NCBI GenBank assembly: GCA_963817895.1
Contig: CAWFQB010000005.1
Location: forward strand, 845,858 to 909,857
Direction of reading: 5' to 3'
DNA length: 64,000 bases
Source: an uncultured Chthonomonadaceae bacterium
GTDB taxonomy: Bacteria > Armatimonadota > Chthonomonadetes > Chthonomonadales > Chthonomonadaceae
The translations under genes and the position numbers were made by a program. The notes below the pieces were generated by a model, which was given only the letters and a program-made list of their open reading frames with translations, ran no database searches and was not told the origin of the DNA. Positions within the stretch are counted from its first letter, which is position 1. Every line of letters starts with the position of its first letter. Below, in pieces: positions 1 through 8,989 of the stretch.

Positions 1-264
1 GAACGTCATTTTGTCGAACGGCGGGAGTTGCGCGGGCAGCAGGCTTTTCACCGGCTCGATAACGTCTCCCATTTTTTCCGCCGCCTGCGTGGTTCCAATG
101 ACGGGCATACGCAGCACGTTCGCGCCCTGCATCAGGGCGCGAACATTGTCCAGAACGCGCTGCTGCTCATGAATAGTGCGCAGAAACGGCTCCTGCATAT
201 CCACAACCACGAGGACGGTATTCTCTGAATGAAGCAAATGGGGATGATTTTTCGGATTACGCAC
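1..264 (-). CDS. Isochorismatase-family cysteine hydrolase (5' part; truncated by window edge)
   Basis: Own translation from GTG at 264: MRNPKNHPHLLHSENTVLVVVDMQEPF...MPVIGTTQ...FDKMTF. The LVVVDMQ and KxTF motifs are typical of the family. Not in the ORF track. Confidence 0.8.
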   Translation of the reverse strand, partial: MRNPKNHPHLLHSENTVLVVVDMQEPFLRTIHEQQRVLDNVRALMQGANVLRMPVIGTTQAAEKMGDVIEPVKSLLPAQLPPFDKMTF

Positions 265-649
265 GGGTCTTCTTTCCCTTCAATATCGAAACGGCGTGAA
301 CAGTAATGGTACGGACATATAGCGCGATTTCGCCACAAATGCGCGTCAAGTCATGAATTCTGAATGGCTTAGTATCGGCGTAAAGCGCGAATGTCTGCAT
401 CGTTGCGCAGCGTGAAACCTCTCGACTTCTATACCTTGCCACTCTCCACACTTTACCAAGTGGAAAGTCAAGGGGATTTATATCATCTGGCGTATTTTAC
501 CTAATTAGCAGGAGAAACCGCGCCAAAGCAGGGAAAAACATGTTCGATGCGGTATAGAAGGGTACTTCGCCGTTTGGTGTATACTAGAAGGCATCCCGCA
601 AGCGGATGAAGACTATGCCCGGACATTGAGGCAAGGAGAGGACGAGAAG

Positions 650-1102
650 ATGAATATTGTAATTCTGGGCTGTGGCCGCGTCGGTTCCACGTTTGCGCGC
701 CTGATGCACCGGGAAGGCCATAACGTTACCATCATTGATCTGCAAAGCGAGGCGTTCCGGCGGTTGGGAACCAAATTTCGCGGCAATCGCATTGTGGGCA
801 ACGGCATAGACGAGGATGTGCTGAGACGGGCGGGAATCGAGAACGCGAATGTTTTCATTGCCGTGTCGCAGGGCGACAATCGCAACATCATGGCGGCGCA
901 GATCGCGCAGCATGTGTTTCAGATAAAAACGGTCATCGCGCGTATTTATGATCCCGTTCGCGCAGACCGCTACCGCCAACTCGGTATCACCACGCTTTGC
1001 ACCACCACCATCGCTACCGGCCTGATGCGCGACTTTGTAACAACCGGCGAGTGGGGCCTTGCCAAAGACTACTCGCAGGAATATTTGACGGCGAATGTGT
1101 GA
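650..1102 (+). CDS. trkA: TrkA/KtrA-family K+ transport NAD-binding (RCK-N only) protein
   Basis: MNIVILGCGRVG Rossmann motif, DNRNIMAAQIA, ARIYDP; GGAGAGGA SD upstream of ATG 650. Confidence 0.9.
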   Translation: MNIVILGCGRVGSTFARLMHREGHNVTIIDLQSEAFRRLGTKFRGNRIVGNGIDEDVLRRAGIENANVFIAVSQGDNRNIMAAQIAQHVFQIKTVIARIYDPVRADRYRQLGITTLCTTTIATGLMRDFVTTGEWGLAKDYSQEYLTANV

Positions 1103-1105
1103 GGA

Positions 1106-1212
1106 GGTAGACGGTAGACGGTAGACGGTAGCATCCTTACTTGCAAGTTGTTCCTATCGAACAAAGCTTTCAGTAAACAGGCATTGCTACTGTCTACCAT
1201 CTACCGTCTACC
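1106..1212. repeat. Inverted heptamer array (GGTAGAC)x4 ... (GTCTACC)x4
   Basis: 28-nt arms at 1106-1133 and 1185-1212 with 2 mismatches, 51-nt spacer; begins 3 nt after the trkA stop. Confidence 0.9.
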
Positions 1213-1227
1213 CCGAAGGATTGCATC

Positions 1228-1884
1228 ATGTACATCATCATCGTGGGCGGGGGGAACATCGGTTACTATCTGGCGAAAACGCTGGTATCCGCCCGGCATG
1301 AAGTTTTGCTAATGGAGAAGGATCGGACGCGCTACCGCACCATTTCGGAAGAATTGGGCGAAGTCGTGATGCAGGGCGACGGCTGCGAAGTGGCGCAGCA
1401 GAATCAGGCGGGATTCGGGCGGGCGGACGCGGTTGTGGCCGCGACGGGCAGCGACGACGATAACCTTGTCGTGTGCCAGATGGCGAAAATGGAACATAAC
1501 GTGCCGCGCACCATTTCCCGCGTTAATGACCCGCGCAACGAGTCGCTGTTTCATAAATTGGGCATTGACGCGACGGTGAGTTCCACGAAAATCATCTACA
1601 ATCTTATCGAGCAGGAGGTGGGCGGCGGTGAAGTGATTCCGCTTGCCGCTCTGAACCGGGGCAACATCGAGATTGTGGAAGTGGAAATCGGGCCGCGTTC
1701 TCCGGTGGTGGATCAGGAAATTCGCGCCCTGAAACTGCCCGCCGAGGCCCTGATTATCAGCGTGATTCGCCACGACCACGCCATTCTGCCCGCCGCCGAT
1801 ACGCGCTTTGAAATCGGCGACAGCGTAATTGCCCTTGTGGGCGCGGATCGGGAACACGACCTGCGCGATATTTTTGCGGAGTAA
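1228..1884 (+). CDS. trkA: TrkA-family protein (RCK-N + RCK-C)
   Basis: IIIVGGGNIG, GDGC, ATGSDDDNL, C-terminal TrkA-C (SPVV..IRALKLP..IISVIR). Confidence 0.9.
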   Translation: MYIIIVGGGNIGYYLAKTLVSARHEVLLMEKDRTRYRTISEELGEVVMQGDGCEVAQQNQAGFGRADAVVAATGSDDDNLVVCQMAKMEHNVPRTISRVNDPRNESLFHKLGIDATVSSTKIIYNLIEQEVGGGEVIPLAALNRGNIEIVEVEIGPRSPVVDQEIRALKLPAEALIISVIRHDHAILPAADTRFEIGDSVIALVGADREHDLRDIFAE

Positions 1885-1889
1885 TTATC

Positions 1890-2534
1890 ATGGCTCGGAA
1901 AGCGACACCGCGTAAAATGGATGGGCCGCCGGATTTTTGCGATTACGGCGTGGGCATACTGGGGGAACGGCTGGATAAGATGTTGGCGCATACGGAGGGC
2001 GCGGCAAGCGGCACTCAGACCCGACCCATTCATCAGATGCGCGTGTGGTCCCGCCGTTCCCGCGCCGCGCTGGATGTGTTCGGCGTCTGTTTTGTGGATG
2101 CCGAGCCTGCCGCCTTTGCCGACATTGCGCAGGAGGTAAAAACCGTCACGCGGGCATTGGGCGCGGCCCGTGATTTAGATGTGATGCTGGAAACCATGCG
2201 TACCCGCATGGAGAGCCTGCCGCCCGAACAGCGCGGCGGCGTGGACAGCTTTCTGGACTATTTGCAGGCGCAGCGCAATGACCGACAGCAGGCCGTCACC
2301 GATTCCGTCAAGCATCTGGAAAAAAGCAAACTGAAGCAGCAATTGCAGCGACTGGCAGACAAACACGGCTACCGGTCGGTTACAGTAGAGATTCCCGCCC
2401 CGGAACCGAAAGCGGCAGAACCGCTGACCTCAGCATCCGCCACATCGAAAGCGGCGGAAGCATCCGTTGCAGATGCAGCGGAAGCATCGGTTGCAAAAGC
2501 AACGGCAGACAAAGCAAAGAATGGAACAGCCTGA
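1890..2534 (+). CDS. CHAD-domain protein (N-terminal half of CHAD)
   Basis: IHQMRVWSRRSRAAL and LGAARDLDV motifs; TGATG coupling to the next gene. Confidence 0.85.
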   Translation: MARKATPRKMDGPPDFCDYGVGILGERLDKMLAHTEGAASGTQTRPIHQMRVWSRRSRAALDVFGVCFVDAEPAAFADIAQEVKTVTRALGAARDLDVMLETMRTRMESLPPEQRGGVDSFLDYLQAQRNDRQQAVTDSVKHLEKSKLKQQLQRLADKHGYRSVTVEIPAPEPKAAEPLTSASATSKAAEASVADAAEASVAKATADKAKNGTA

Positions 2535-3598
2535 TGGCAAAATCAAAGTCTTCTGCAAAAGTCAATCCACGTCAACCTGTGCTTGTCAATGCGGCCAAAC
2601 TGATTACGCGGCGTCTGGACGAAATGCTTGCCTACGAGTCCTGCATCGCCGATCCTGACAACGTGTACGAACTCCATGAGATGCGGATTGCGGGCAAGCG
2701 CCTGCGCTACACGATGGAGGTCTTTCAGCCGGTTTATATCCGGTACACCGATGCGGGGCCGGAGTTCGGAACAATGCTGCAAGCCGTGAAGAATTTACAG
2801 GAGCATCTTGGAATTCTGCACGATGCCGATGTGCTGGTTCCGCAGATTCTGGAGCATTTGGGCCGCGTCGTCAAAAAGGGTTACGGCCTGCCTACTGCTG
2901 CCGCGCCCGACAGCATGAATGGTCAAGAGGGCAAGACTAAAGGCGCGAAGCAGAAAAATCATGCCGCTAAATCCGGCAAGCTGCAAGAGGTTCTGCCGAT
3001 TGTAGGCGTCCATCAGGTAGATTACGCGGGTTGTGAGGGACTGCTGACGCTGTGCCGACAAATTCGCGCCGACCGTGACGCGCAATACGCGAAATTGACG
3101 CAGGAATGGCAGCAGATACGCGCCGAACAGGTGTTTGAGCGCCTGCGCGATCTGATCGCAAGGAGTGAGGGAACAGAGGGGAGAAAAGGAGAAAAGGAGA
3201 AAAGGAGAAAAGGAGAAGGGGAGGCAGAAAACGAACCCCAATCGGCAATCGAAAATCGAAAATCGGCAATCCCTTCATCCTTCATCCTTCATCCTTCATC
3301 CTTACCCAATGAGGAGCCGGATGCCGCCAACAGACAAACCCCGCAAGTCCAGCGCGCGCCCGGTGAACCGGGACACGTCGCCGCCGCCCGCCGCCGAGTC
3401 GCGCCCCGCGCCCCGGAAAAAGATGGCGAACCGGAGCCGCAAGGACACAAAGGCAGGCAAAGGCGAGACGCCAGCGCAAGCGCCCGAATTGACAGTTCTG
3501 CCCCTCCCGCCGCCCGAACCGGCAATACGCGCGCTCCGCGACATCCCCGGACTGGGGCCGATACGGATTCGGGCGCTGGAAAAGGCGGGGCTGAGTAG
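2534..3598 (+). CDS. CHAD-domain protein (C-terminal half); reads through a repeat array into the next gene
   Basis: LHEMRIAGKRLRY and LQEHLGILHDADV motifs; the sequence after ~3170 is repeat-derived or low complexity. Confidence 0.8.
   Translation: MAKSKSSAKVNPRQPVLVNAAKLITRRLDEMLAYESCIADPDNVYELHEMRIAGKRLRYTMEVFQPVYIRYTDAGPEFGTMLQAVKNLQEHLGILHDADVLVPQILEHLGRVVKKGYGLPTAAAPDSMNGQEGKTKGAKQKNHAAKSGKLQEVLPIVGVHQVDYAGCEGLLTLCRQIRADRDAQYAKLTQEWQQIRAEQVFERLRDLIARSEGTEGRKGEKEKRRKGEGEAENEPQSAIENRKSAIPSSFILHPSSLPNEEPDAANRQTPQVQRAPGEPGHVAAARRRVAPRAPEKDGEPEPQGHKGRQRRDASASARIDSSAPPAARTGNTRAPRHPRTGADTDSGAGKGGAE
3180..3303. repeat. Compound array (GGAGAAAA)x4 - (AATCGAA/AATCGGC)x4 - (TCATCCT)x4
   Basis: Read directly from the sequence; translated as EKEKRRKG / QSAIENRKSAI / PSSFILHPSS. 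Confidence 0.9.
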
Positions 3599-4193
3599 CC
3601 TGACGCTATTGCGCGACGCGACGCTGGAACGTCTGCTGGTTGTGCCGGGTATGAGCGAAATCAAGGCGCGGCACATACATACGTTTCTCGCCAACGCGCT
3701 TATTCTGACTGAGACGGAAGCAGTCACGAAATCGACGGATGGTGATGGGATTGCAGGGACGCAATCGGTTTCCATTCTGCCGACCACGCCTCTGCTCGAC
3801 GCCAACAGCGGAAACGGCATCGCGGAAGCAGCACAACTATTACCGACATGGCTGGTGGAAATGCAGGTTGCGCGGGATGAGACGGTTGCGCTGCTGACTA
3901 GCCGACACGCCCCGAATTTTCGCGCCCGTCTGCTGCGCGAACTGGTGCGGTTTGCCGCCGGCATCCCCGGATGGCAGCAGGGATTGATGCAGGGCGCGGA
4001 GAAAGATCAGGAACGCGCTTTGCGACGCGTCCGTCGCCTGCGCCTGTCGCTGATGGAAGCGCTGCCGCAAACCGAACCGGATCGCAAAACGCAGTCGCGC
4101 CTGGCCGAAGACATCGCGGAAGCCAGTGACCGCCTGTACGCTTTGAGCGGCCAAACGGAACCCACCCGCAGCACGGAGGACGCGCATGACTGA
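3321..4193 (+). CDS. Helix-hairpin-helix domain protein
   Basis: LRDIPGLGPIRIRAL and LLVVPGMSEIKA HhH motifs; GAGGAG SD before ATG 3321. Confidence 0.75.
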   Translation: MPPTDKPRKSSARPVNRDTSPPPAAESRPAPRKKMANRSRKDTKAGKGETPAQAPELTVLPLPPPEPAIRALRDIPGLGPIRIRALEKAGLSSLTLLRDATLERLLVVPGMSEIKARHIHTFLANALILTETEAVTKSTDGDGIAGTQSVSILPTTPLLDANSGNGIAEAAQLLPTWLVEMQVARDETVALLTSRHAPNFRARLLRELVRFAAGIPGWQQGLMQGAEKDQERALRRVRRLRLSLMEALPQTEPDRKTQSRLAEDIAEASDRLYALSGQTEPTRSTEDAHD

Positions 4194-5253
4194 GGAAGAA
4201 GAGGAGAAGATACGAGATACGAGATACGAGATACGAGAAGGAGAGGAATCCCTCTCAACTCTCAACTCCCTGTATGCGGGCGTGGATGTTGGCACGAACT
4301 CCGTGAAGATGATTGTGGCGGATTTGGGAGAGGGGCGGGCGGATCGCGTCTTTGAGCAGACTATTGTAACCCGGTTGGGCGAGGGGATGCAGGCGCAGGG
4401 CAACCGTTTGCGCGAAGCTGCCATGCGCCGCACCCTTGACGCTCTTGCGGAACTCGTGGACGCGGGACGGGCGCATCAGGCGCGCGCGTTTGCGGCGGTG
4501 GGGACGGCGGCATTGCGAGACGCGGAAAACCGTGACGATTTTTTGCAGAGGGCGCAGGAGCGAATGGGACTGAGCATTGACGTAATCCCCGGCGAGGAGG
4601 AGGCGCGATTGTCGTATCTGGCCGTGCGGCGCGACCCGCACTGGCGCGGGCAGGCGCATTTGCGCGTGATTGACATCGGCGGCGGCAGCACGGAGATCAT
4701 CGAAGGGACGCCCAACGGGAACAACATCGCTTCGCGCATCAGCGTCAACTACGGGGCGGTGAAATTGACCGAGCAGTTTTTGCGCTCCGACCCGCCCACC
4801 GTTCAGCAGTTGGAAGACGCCAATCTTGCCGTACTCAAAGCATTCGCGCGTATTGATGAGGAGGCTTTCCACTCCGCCGATACAGGGAGTGATAAGCCTG
4901 CCGCAACCGCCTTCGCGTCCTCGCAAGAGTATGCGCTGGTGGGGGTGGGCGGAACCGTCACCAATCTCGGCGCGATGGATCAGGGCGGCAAACTGGGCGA
5001 CGAATCGCTCCACGGGCATCTGCTGACAGCCGACCAACTGGGCGAACACATTGACCGTCTGGCGACCCGGACTGTGGCGCAGCGGCTGGAACTCCCCGGC
5101 CTTGATCCACGTCGGGCTGACATCATTCTGGGAGGCGCGATCCTGCTGGCGCAGGCATTGTCCCGTCTGGATGCGCCCTCCCTCGCCATCAGCACGCGCG
5201 GCCTCCGCTGGGGGTTGCTGTATGACCGTTTTCAACAGGAGGTAGATGGGTAG
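4186..5253 (+). CDS. ppx: Ppx/GppA exopolyphosphatase (ASKHA domains only)
   Basis: GVDVGTNS, GTAALRDAEN, GEEEARL, IDIGGGSTE, GVGGT, RADII, GLRWG motifs; ATGACTGA overlap with the upstream stop. Confidence 0.92.
   Translation: MTEEEEEKIRDTRYEIREGEESLSTLNSLYAGVDVGTNSVKMIVADLGEGRADRVFEQTIVTRLGEGMQAQGNRLREAAMRRTLDALAELVDAGRAHQARAFAAVGTAALRDAENRDDFLQRAQERMGLSIDVIPGEEEARLSYLAVRRDPHWRGQAHLRVIDIGGGSTEIIEGTPNGNNIASRISVNYGAVKLTEQFLRSDPPTVQQLEDANLAVLKAFARIDEEAFHSADTGSDKPAATAFASSQEYALVGVGGTVTNLGAMDQGGKLGDESLHGHLLTADQLGEHIDRLATRTVAQRLELPGLDPRRADIILGGAILLAQALSRLDAPSLAISTRGLRWGLLYDRFQQEVDG
4208..4267. repeat. Compound array (AGATACG)x4 - (CTCTCAA)x2 in the ppx 5' end
   Basis: Read directly; translated as IRDTRYEIRE...SLSTLNS. 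Confidence 0.85.
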
Positions 5254-5327
5254 ATGGTAGATGGTAGATCAATCAATCGTGGTTTTCTACTCACCTACCC
5301 ATCTACCCATCTACCCATCTACCTACT
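5241..5327. repeat. Inverted array (GGTAGAT)x4 ... (ATCTACCC)x3-5
   Basis: Contains the ppx TAG stop (5251-5253) and the in-frame ATG 5261 of the HD gene. Confidence 0.85.
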
Positions 5328-5953
5328 CAACCATGAACCCAAAACTCAACGCAATTCTGGAACTGGCGCGTCGTTATGATTATGACGCGGGACACGCGCA
5401 TCAGGTGGAGTGCCTGGCGGGAACGCTGTTTATGGAGCTTCAGTCGCTGCATCAACTGGAGCGCGAAGACCGTAAACTGCTGGAGTACGCCGCCATTCTG
5501 CACGACATCGGCTATTATGTCAGCAGCAAGGGGCATCATCGCCACGCCTTGCAGATGATTATGATGGAGCCGCTACCCGAGTTTACGCGGGAAGAAAAAG
5601 CGATTATCGCCAATCTTGCCCGCTACCATCGTAAAGTCCTGCCGACTATCGAGCATACCGCCTTCGGGATTTTGTCCGAGGGCGATAAGCAGCGCGTGGG
5701 CCTGCTTGCGCCCCTGCTGCGGCTTGCCGACGCGCTGGATCGGGGCCACAACAACCGCGTACAGGAACTGTTTTGCGACATAAGCGACGACGTGGTACTG
5801 ATTTACGCGGGCGCGGAAGCCGAGTTGCCCGAGGAAGCCCGCGCTCTGGAACAGCGCGGCGACATGTTCCGGCACGTTTACCGCCGCGACCTGCAATTGC
5901 GCGTCCTGCGTCCCCGTCTGCCTGCCGCAAGCGCAGTGATGGTCGAGGGGTAG
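5261..5953 (+). CDS. HD-domain protein (stand-alone Ppx C-terminal HD domain); start at 5261 or 5333
   Basis: HAHQV, AAILHDIG, HHRH, ARYHRK, LRLADALDR. Confidence 0.88.
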   Translation: MVDQSIVVFYSPTHLPIYPSTYSTMNPKLNAILELARRYDYDAGHAHQVECLAGTLFMELQSLHQLEREDRKLLEYAAILHDIGYYVSSKGHHRHALQMIMMEPLPEFTREEKAIIANLARYHRKVLPTIEHTAFGILSEGDKQRVGLLAPLLRLADALDRGHNNRVQELFCDISDDVVLIYAGAEAELPEEARALEQRGDMFRHVYRRDLQLRVLRPRLPAASAVMVEG

Positions 5954-5958
5954 TCACA

Positions 5959-6348
5959 TTAAGCGTCAACAATAGCCTCGGCTTCAATTTCTACCAGCAT
6001 GGCAGGGTCAATCAGGCGGCTGACCTGTATCATGCTGGTGGCGGGGCGAATCTGACTGAAAAACTCGCCGTGCGCTCTGCCGACAGACTCCCAATTGTCG
6101 ATATCAAGCACGTACATGCGCGTTCTGACCACATCTTCTAATCCGGCTCCCGCCCTCTTCAAAGCCGCTTCGATGTTGTGAATAACCTGCACGGTCTGCG
6201 CGTAAGCATCGCCCGCGCCGACAACCTTGCCCTCCGCATCCGTCGCCGTTGTGCCGGATACATGAATTACATTCCCCACCCGTACCGCCCGCGAGTAGCC
6301 GACAATGGGCTCCCACGGCGTTCCCGAACCAAAATGTTGTCGCTGCAT
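5959..6348 (-). CDS. RidA/YjgF/UK114 family protein
   Basis: [33 protein letters not shown]. Confidence 0.92.
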   Translation of the reverse strand: MQRQHFGSGTPWEPIVGYSRAVRVGNVIHVSGTTATDAEGKVVGAGDAYAQTVQVIHNIEAALKRAGAGLEDVVRTRMYVLDIDNWESVGRAHGEFFSQIRPATSMIQVSRLIDPAMLVEIEAEAIVDA

Positions 6349-6388
6349 GTTCGCCTCCCTGTTTTGGAAAAAGATATTTTACCCGGCC

Positions 6389-6435
6389 TTGACAATTTCG
6401 TGATGGCGCGGTACTATATCGTCAATTCCCGATAT
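6389..6435 (+). promoter_or_regulatory. Sigma70 promoter with overlapping candidate ArsR operator
   Basis: TTGACA (6389) - 17 nt - TACTAT (6412); palindrome ATATCG-N8-CGATAT at 6416-6435. Confidence 0.7.
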
Positions 6436-6441
6436 GAGGAT

Positions 6442-6873
6442 ATGAGCGTGAATGATTTAGTTTTACTTGGCAAGGCGCTTGCTGACCCCACGCGCATTCG
6501 TATTCTGGCTCTGCTGCGCGGCGGGGAGTTGTGCGTTTGCGAGATTGGCGACGCGCTGGAGATGAGTCAGTCTACCCTGTCCACGCACCTGCAAACTATT
6601 CGGCAGGCCGGTCTTGTTTCCACCCGTAAAAACGCGAAGTGGAGTTATTACGGCCTTGAGCCTGCCGCTCTGCCCGTTTTGGAATCTATTTTCGCGCATT
6701 ACCAGGACGTTCTTGATGTAGACCAACGCTTGAAGCGCGACCATGAGCGCGTGGAATGTCGCCTGCAATTGCGGGTGAACGGCTGCTGCGTTATCGGAAT
6801 TGCGGCTCTGGAAAACAGCCTGATGGCAGGCTGTTGTTCGGAAACTCAAACGAAGGGAGGTGAAGCGAAATGA
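6442..6873 (+). CDS. ArsR/SmtB metalloregulator
   Basis: KALADPTRIRIL, ELCVCE, SQSTLSTHL; two C-terminal CC pairs. Confidence 0.92.
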   Translation: MSVNDLVLLGKALADPTRIRILALLRGGELCVCEIGDALEMSQSTLSTHLQTIRQAGLVSTRKNAKWSYYGLEPAALPVLESIFAHYQDVLDVDQRLKRDHERVECRLQLRVNGCCVIGIAALENSLMAGCCSETQTKGGEAK

Positions 6874-6989
6874 CTCTGATTGAACTTACGCCCATCGCGG
6901 CAACGACGGAAACGGAGGGCGATTGCTGCCCGTGCCAATGCGATTGCGAACCCGGCTGCAAGTGCGGCGGCTGTCCGTGCTGCGAGTAA
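6870..6989 (+). CDS. Small Cys-rich metallothionein-like peptide (39 aa)
   Basis: MTLIELTPIAATTETEGDCCPCQCDCEPGCKCGGCPCCE*; SD GGGAGGTG; ATGA overlap with the arsR stop. Confidence 0.8.
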   Translation: MTLIELTPIAATTETEGDCCPCQCDCEPGCKCGGCPCCE

Positions 6990-6992
6990 TTT

Positions 6993-7116
6993 TTACCGGA
7001 TGTTGAAAACACCCGGCAGAAAAGTGCAAGCGTCCTGCGGACGCGGGAATCTTGATAAAGAGTCGCGTCCGCAGGACGCTTGTTTTGTTGAGACGGGGAT
7101 TTTCAATCCCCGGTAA
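6993..7116. repeat. REP/MITE-like nested palindrome
   Basis: Outer imperfect IR TTACCGG..TTGAAAA / TTTTCAA..CCGGTAA; perfect 19-bp inner IR at 7027-7045 / 7064-7082. Confidence 0.8.
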
Positions 7117-7250
7117 GCCCCGAATGACTCAAACGCTTTAAAGTTGAAGCGCTTTTCCATCGGTGATAAAGAGGAACTTCTTGCTGTCGTGCCGAAACAT
7201 ACGCGCAGATGTTTTCAGCAAAATGCGTTACGTGGGGAGTGAAAAGACTT

Positions 7251-8765
7251 GTGACGAACTCGAAAGTGTGCGTGATCGGGCTGGACTGCGCCGCGCCCGA
7301 ACTGGTATTTGATTTGTGGGCCGATTTGCTGCCTAATCTGTGCGGCCTGATGCAGTCCGGCATGTATGGGCCATTGGAGAGTACGACGCCTCCGATTACC
7401 GTACCCGCGTGGATGTGCATGATGACCGGCAAAGACCCCGGCACTCTGGGCATTTACGGCTTCCGCAACCGCCGCGACCACTCCTATGAGGGGCTTGCGT
7501 TCGCGTCCGGCAAAATGGTACAGGAACCGACGCTGTGGGATGTGCTGGCGGAACACAGCAAGCGTACCATCGCGCTCGGCGTACCCCTTACATATCCTCC
7601 GCGTCCCATTCACGGCCTGCTTGTCACCGATTTTCTGGCTCCCAATGTGGACAGCGATTACACCTACCCGCCGGAACTCAAACACGAAATCAAAGAGGTG
7701 GTAGGCGAGTACCTGTTCGATACCCGCGAGTTTCGCACGGAAGACAAGGCGAAACTGCTGGATGATATTTACACCATGACCGCCCGCCGCTTTCAACTGG
7801 CGCAACATCTGATAACCACCAAGCCGTGGGACTTCTTCATCATGGTGGAAATGGGGCCAGATCGAATCCATCACGCCTTCTGGAAGTATTTCGACCCCAA
7901 GCACCCCAAATACATCCCCGGGAACCCCTTTGAACACGCCATTCGCGATTACTACATCGCCCTCGACGCGCATATCGGGCAACTGCTTTCCACACTGGAC
8001 GAAGACACGCGCATTTTGATTGTGTCTGATCACGGCGCGAAGCGAATGGATGGCGGCCTGTGTTTCAACGACTGGCTGATACAGGAGGGCTATTTAACGC
8101 TCAAGGAAACGCCCACTCCCGGCACAAAGTTTTCGCCCGCGCTCGTGGATTGGACGCGAACCAAAGCGTGGGGCGACGGGGGCTACTACGGACGTTTGTT
8201 CCTGAACGTGCAGGAGCGCGAACCGCAGGGCATTGTGCCGCCTGAAGACGTGGAAGCCCTGAAAGTGGAACTGACCACCAAACTGGAAGCCTTGCCCAAT
8301 GAACACGGCAAGCCACTTGGCAACCGCGTTTTCCGCCCCGAAACGCTTTACGCCCAATGCCGCAATGTCGCGCCCGACCTGATCGTATACTTTGGCGATC
8401 TGCACTGGCGCTCTGTGGGCAGTCTGGGCCATCCTCAAATCTGGACACACGACAACGACACCGGCCCCGACGACGCCAACCACGCGCAGCACGGCATTTT
8501 CATTATGGCAGAAGAAAAGAAAAGGAGAAAAGGAGAAGAGGAGAAAAGGAGACCCAATCCACAATCCACAATCCACAATCCACAATCGGGTTTGTCCCTG
8601 TACGATGTCGCGCCGACGGTTTTGAACGCGATGGGGATTGCGGTTCCGGCAGGGATGGGACGCAACGCGATTGGAACTGCGCCGACTCTGCGCCCGGACA
8701 GCGCGTATAGTGAAGAGGAAGAGGCGGAACTGGCGCGGCGATTGGAAGATTTGGGATACTTGTAA
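7251..8765 (+). CDS. Alkaline-phosphatase-superfamily phosphodiesterase / nucleotide pyrophosphatase
   Basis: VIGLDC, STTPPITVPAW, TGKDPG, DRIHH, VSDHG, LYDVAPT, LARRLEDLGYL. Confidence 0.9.
   Translation: MTNSKVCVIGLDCAAPELVFDLWADLLPNLCGLMQSGMYGPLESTTPPITVPAWMCMMTGKDPGTLGIYGFRNRRDHSYEGLAFASGKMVQEPTLWDVLAEHSKRTIALGVPLTYPPRPIHGLLVTDFLAPNVDSDYTYPPELKHEIKEVVGEYLFDTREFRTEDKAKLLDDIYTMTARRFQLAQHLITTKPWDFFIMVEMGPDRIHHAFWKYFDPKHPKYIPGNPFEHAIRDYYIALDAHIGQLLSTLDEDTRILIVSDHGAKRMDGGLCFNDWLIQEGYLTLKETPTPGTKFSPALVDWTRTKAWGDGGYYGRLFLNVQEREPQGIVPPEDVEALKVELTTKLEALPNEHGKPLGNRVFRPETLYAQCRNVAPDLIVYFGDLHWRSVGSLGHPQIWTHDNDTGPDDANHAQHGIFIMAEEKKRRKGEEEKRRPNPQSTIHNPQSGLSLYDVAPTVLNAMGIAVPAGMGRNAIGTAPTLRPDSAYSEEEEAELARRLEDLGYL
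8516..8587. repeat. In-frame compound array (GGAGAAAA)n - (CAATCCA)x4
   Basis: Translated as EKKRRKGEEEKRRPNPQSTIHNPQS between GIFIM and LYDVAPT. Confidence 0.9.
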
Positions 8766-8770
8766 GGAGA

Positions 8771-8972
8771 AGTGAGAGTACATTTCACTCCCGAACACAT
8801 TCTTGCCAGGGGTTGAAAACCCCTGTCTACACGGCCTGCGGCCAAGCGTCCTTCGGACGCAAATGCTTATTTTGCAGTGAATCGCGTCCGAAGGACGCCT
8901 GGCGGAACGCCACTCAGACGGGTATTTTCAATACCCGGAAAAATGTGTCCGGTAGTGAAATGTACTCTCACT
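8771..8972. repeat. REP-like palindrome (8806-8938) nested inside a second ~31-bp inverted repeat
   Basis: Outer arms AGTGAGAGTACATTTCACT... / ...AGTGAAATGTACTCTCACT; the inner element resembles 6993-7116. Confidence 0.8.
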
Positions 8973-8989
8973 CTCACCTGAAATTGACT

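Noticed and set aside
8813..8989. Extended N-termini in the ORF track (AAC(3), ArsR, VWA, PEP-CTERM, second acyltransferase)
   Set aside because: The extensions run through palindromes or neighbouring genes; downstream starts fit the SD and domain boundaries better.
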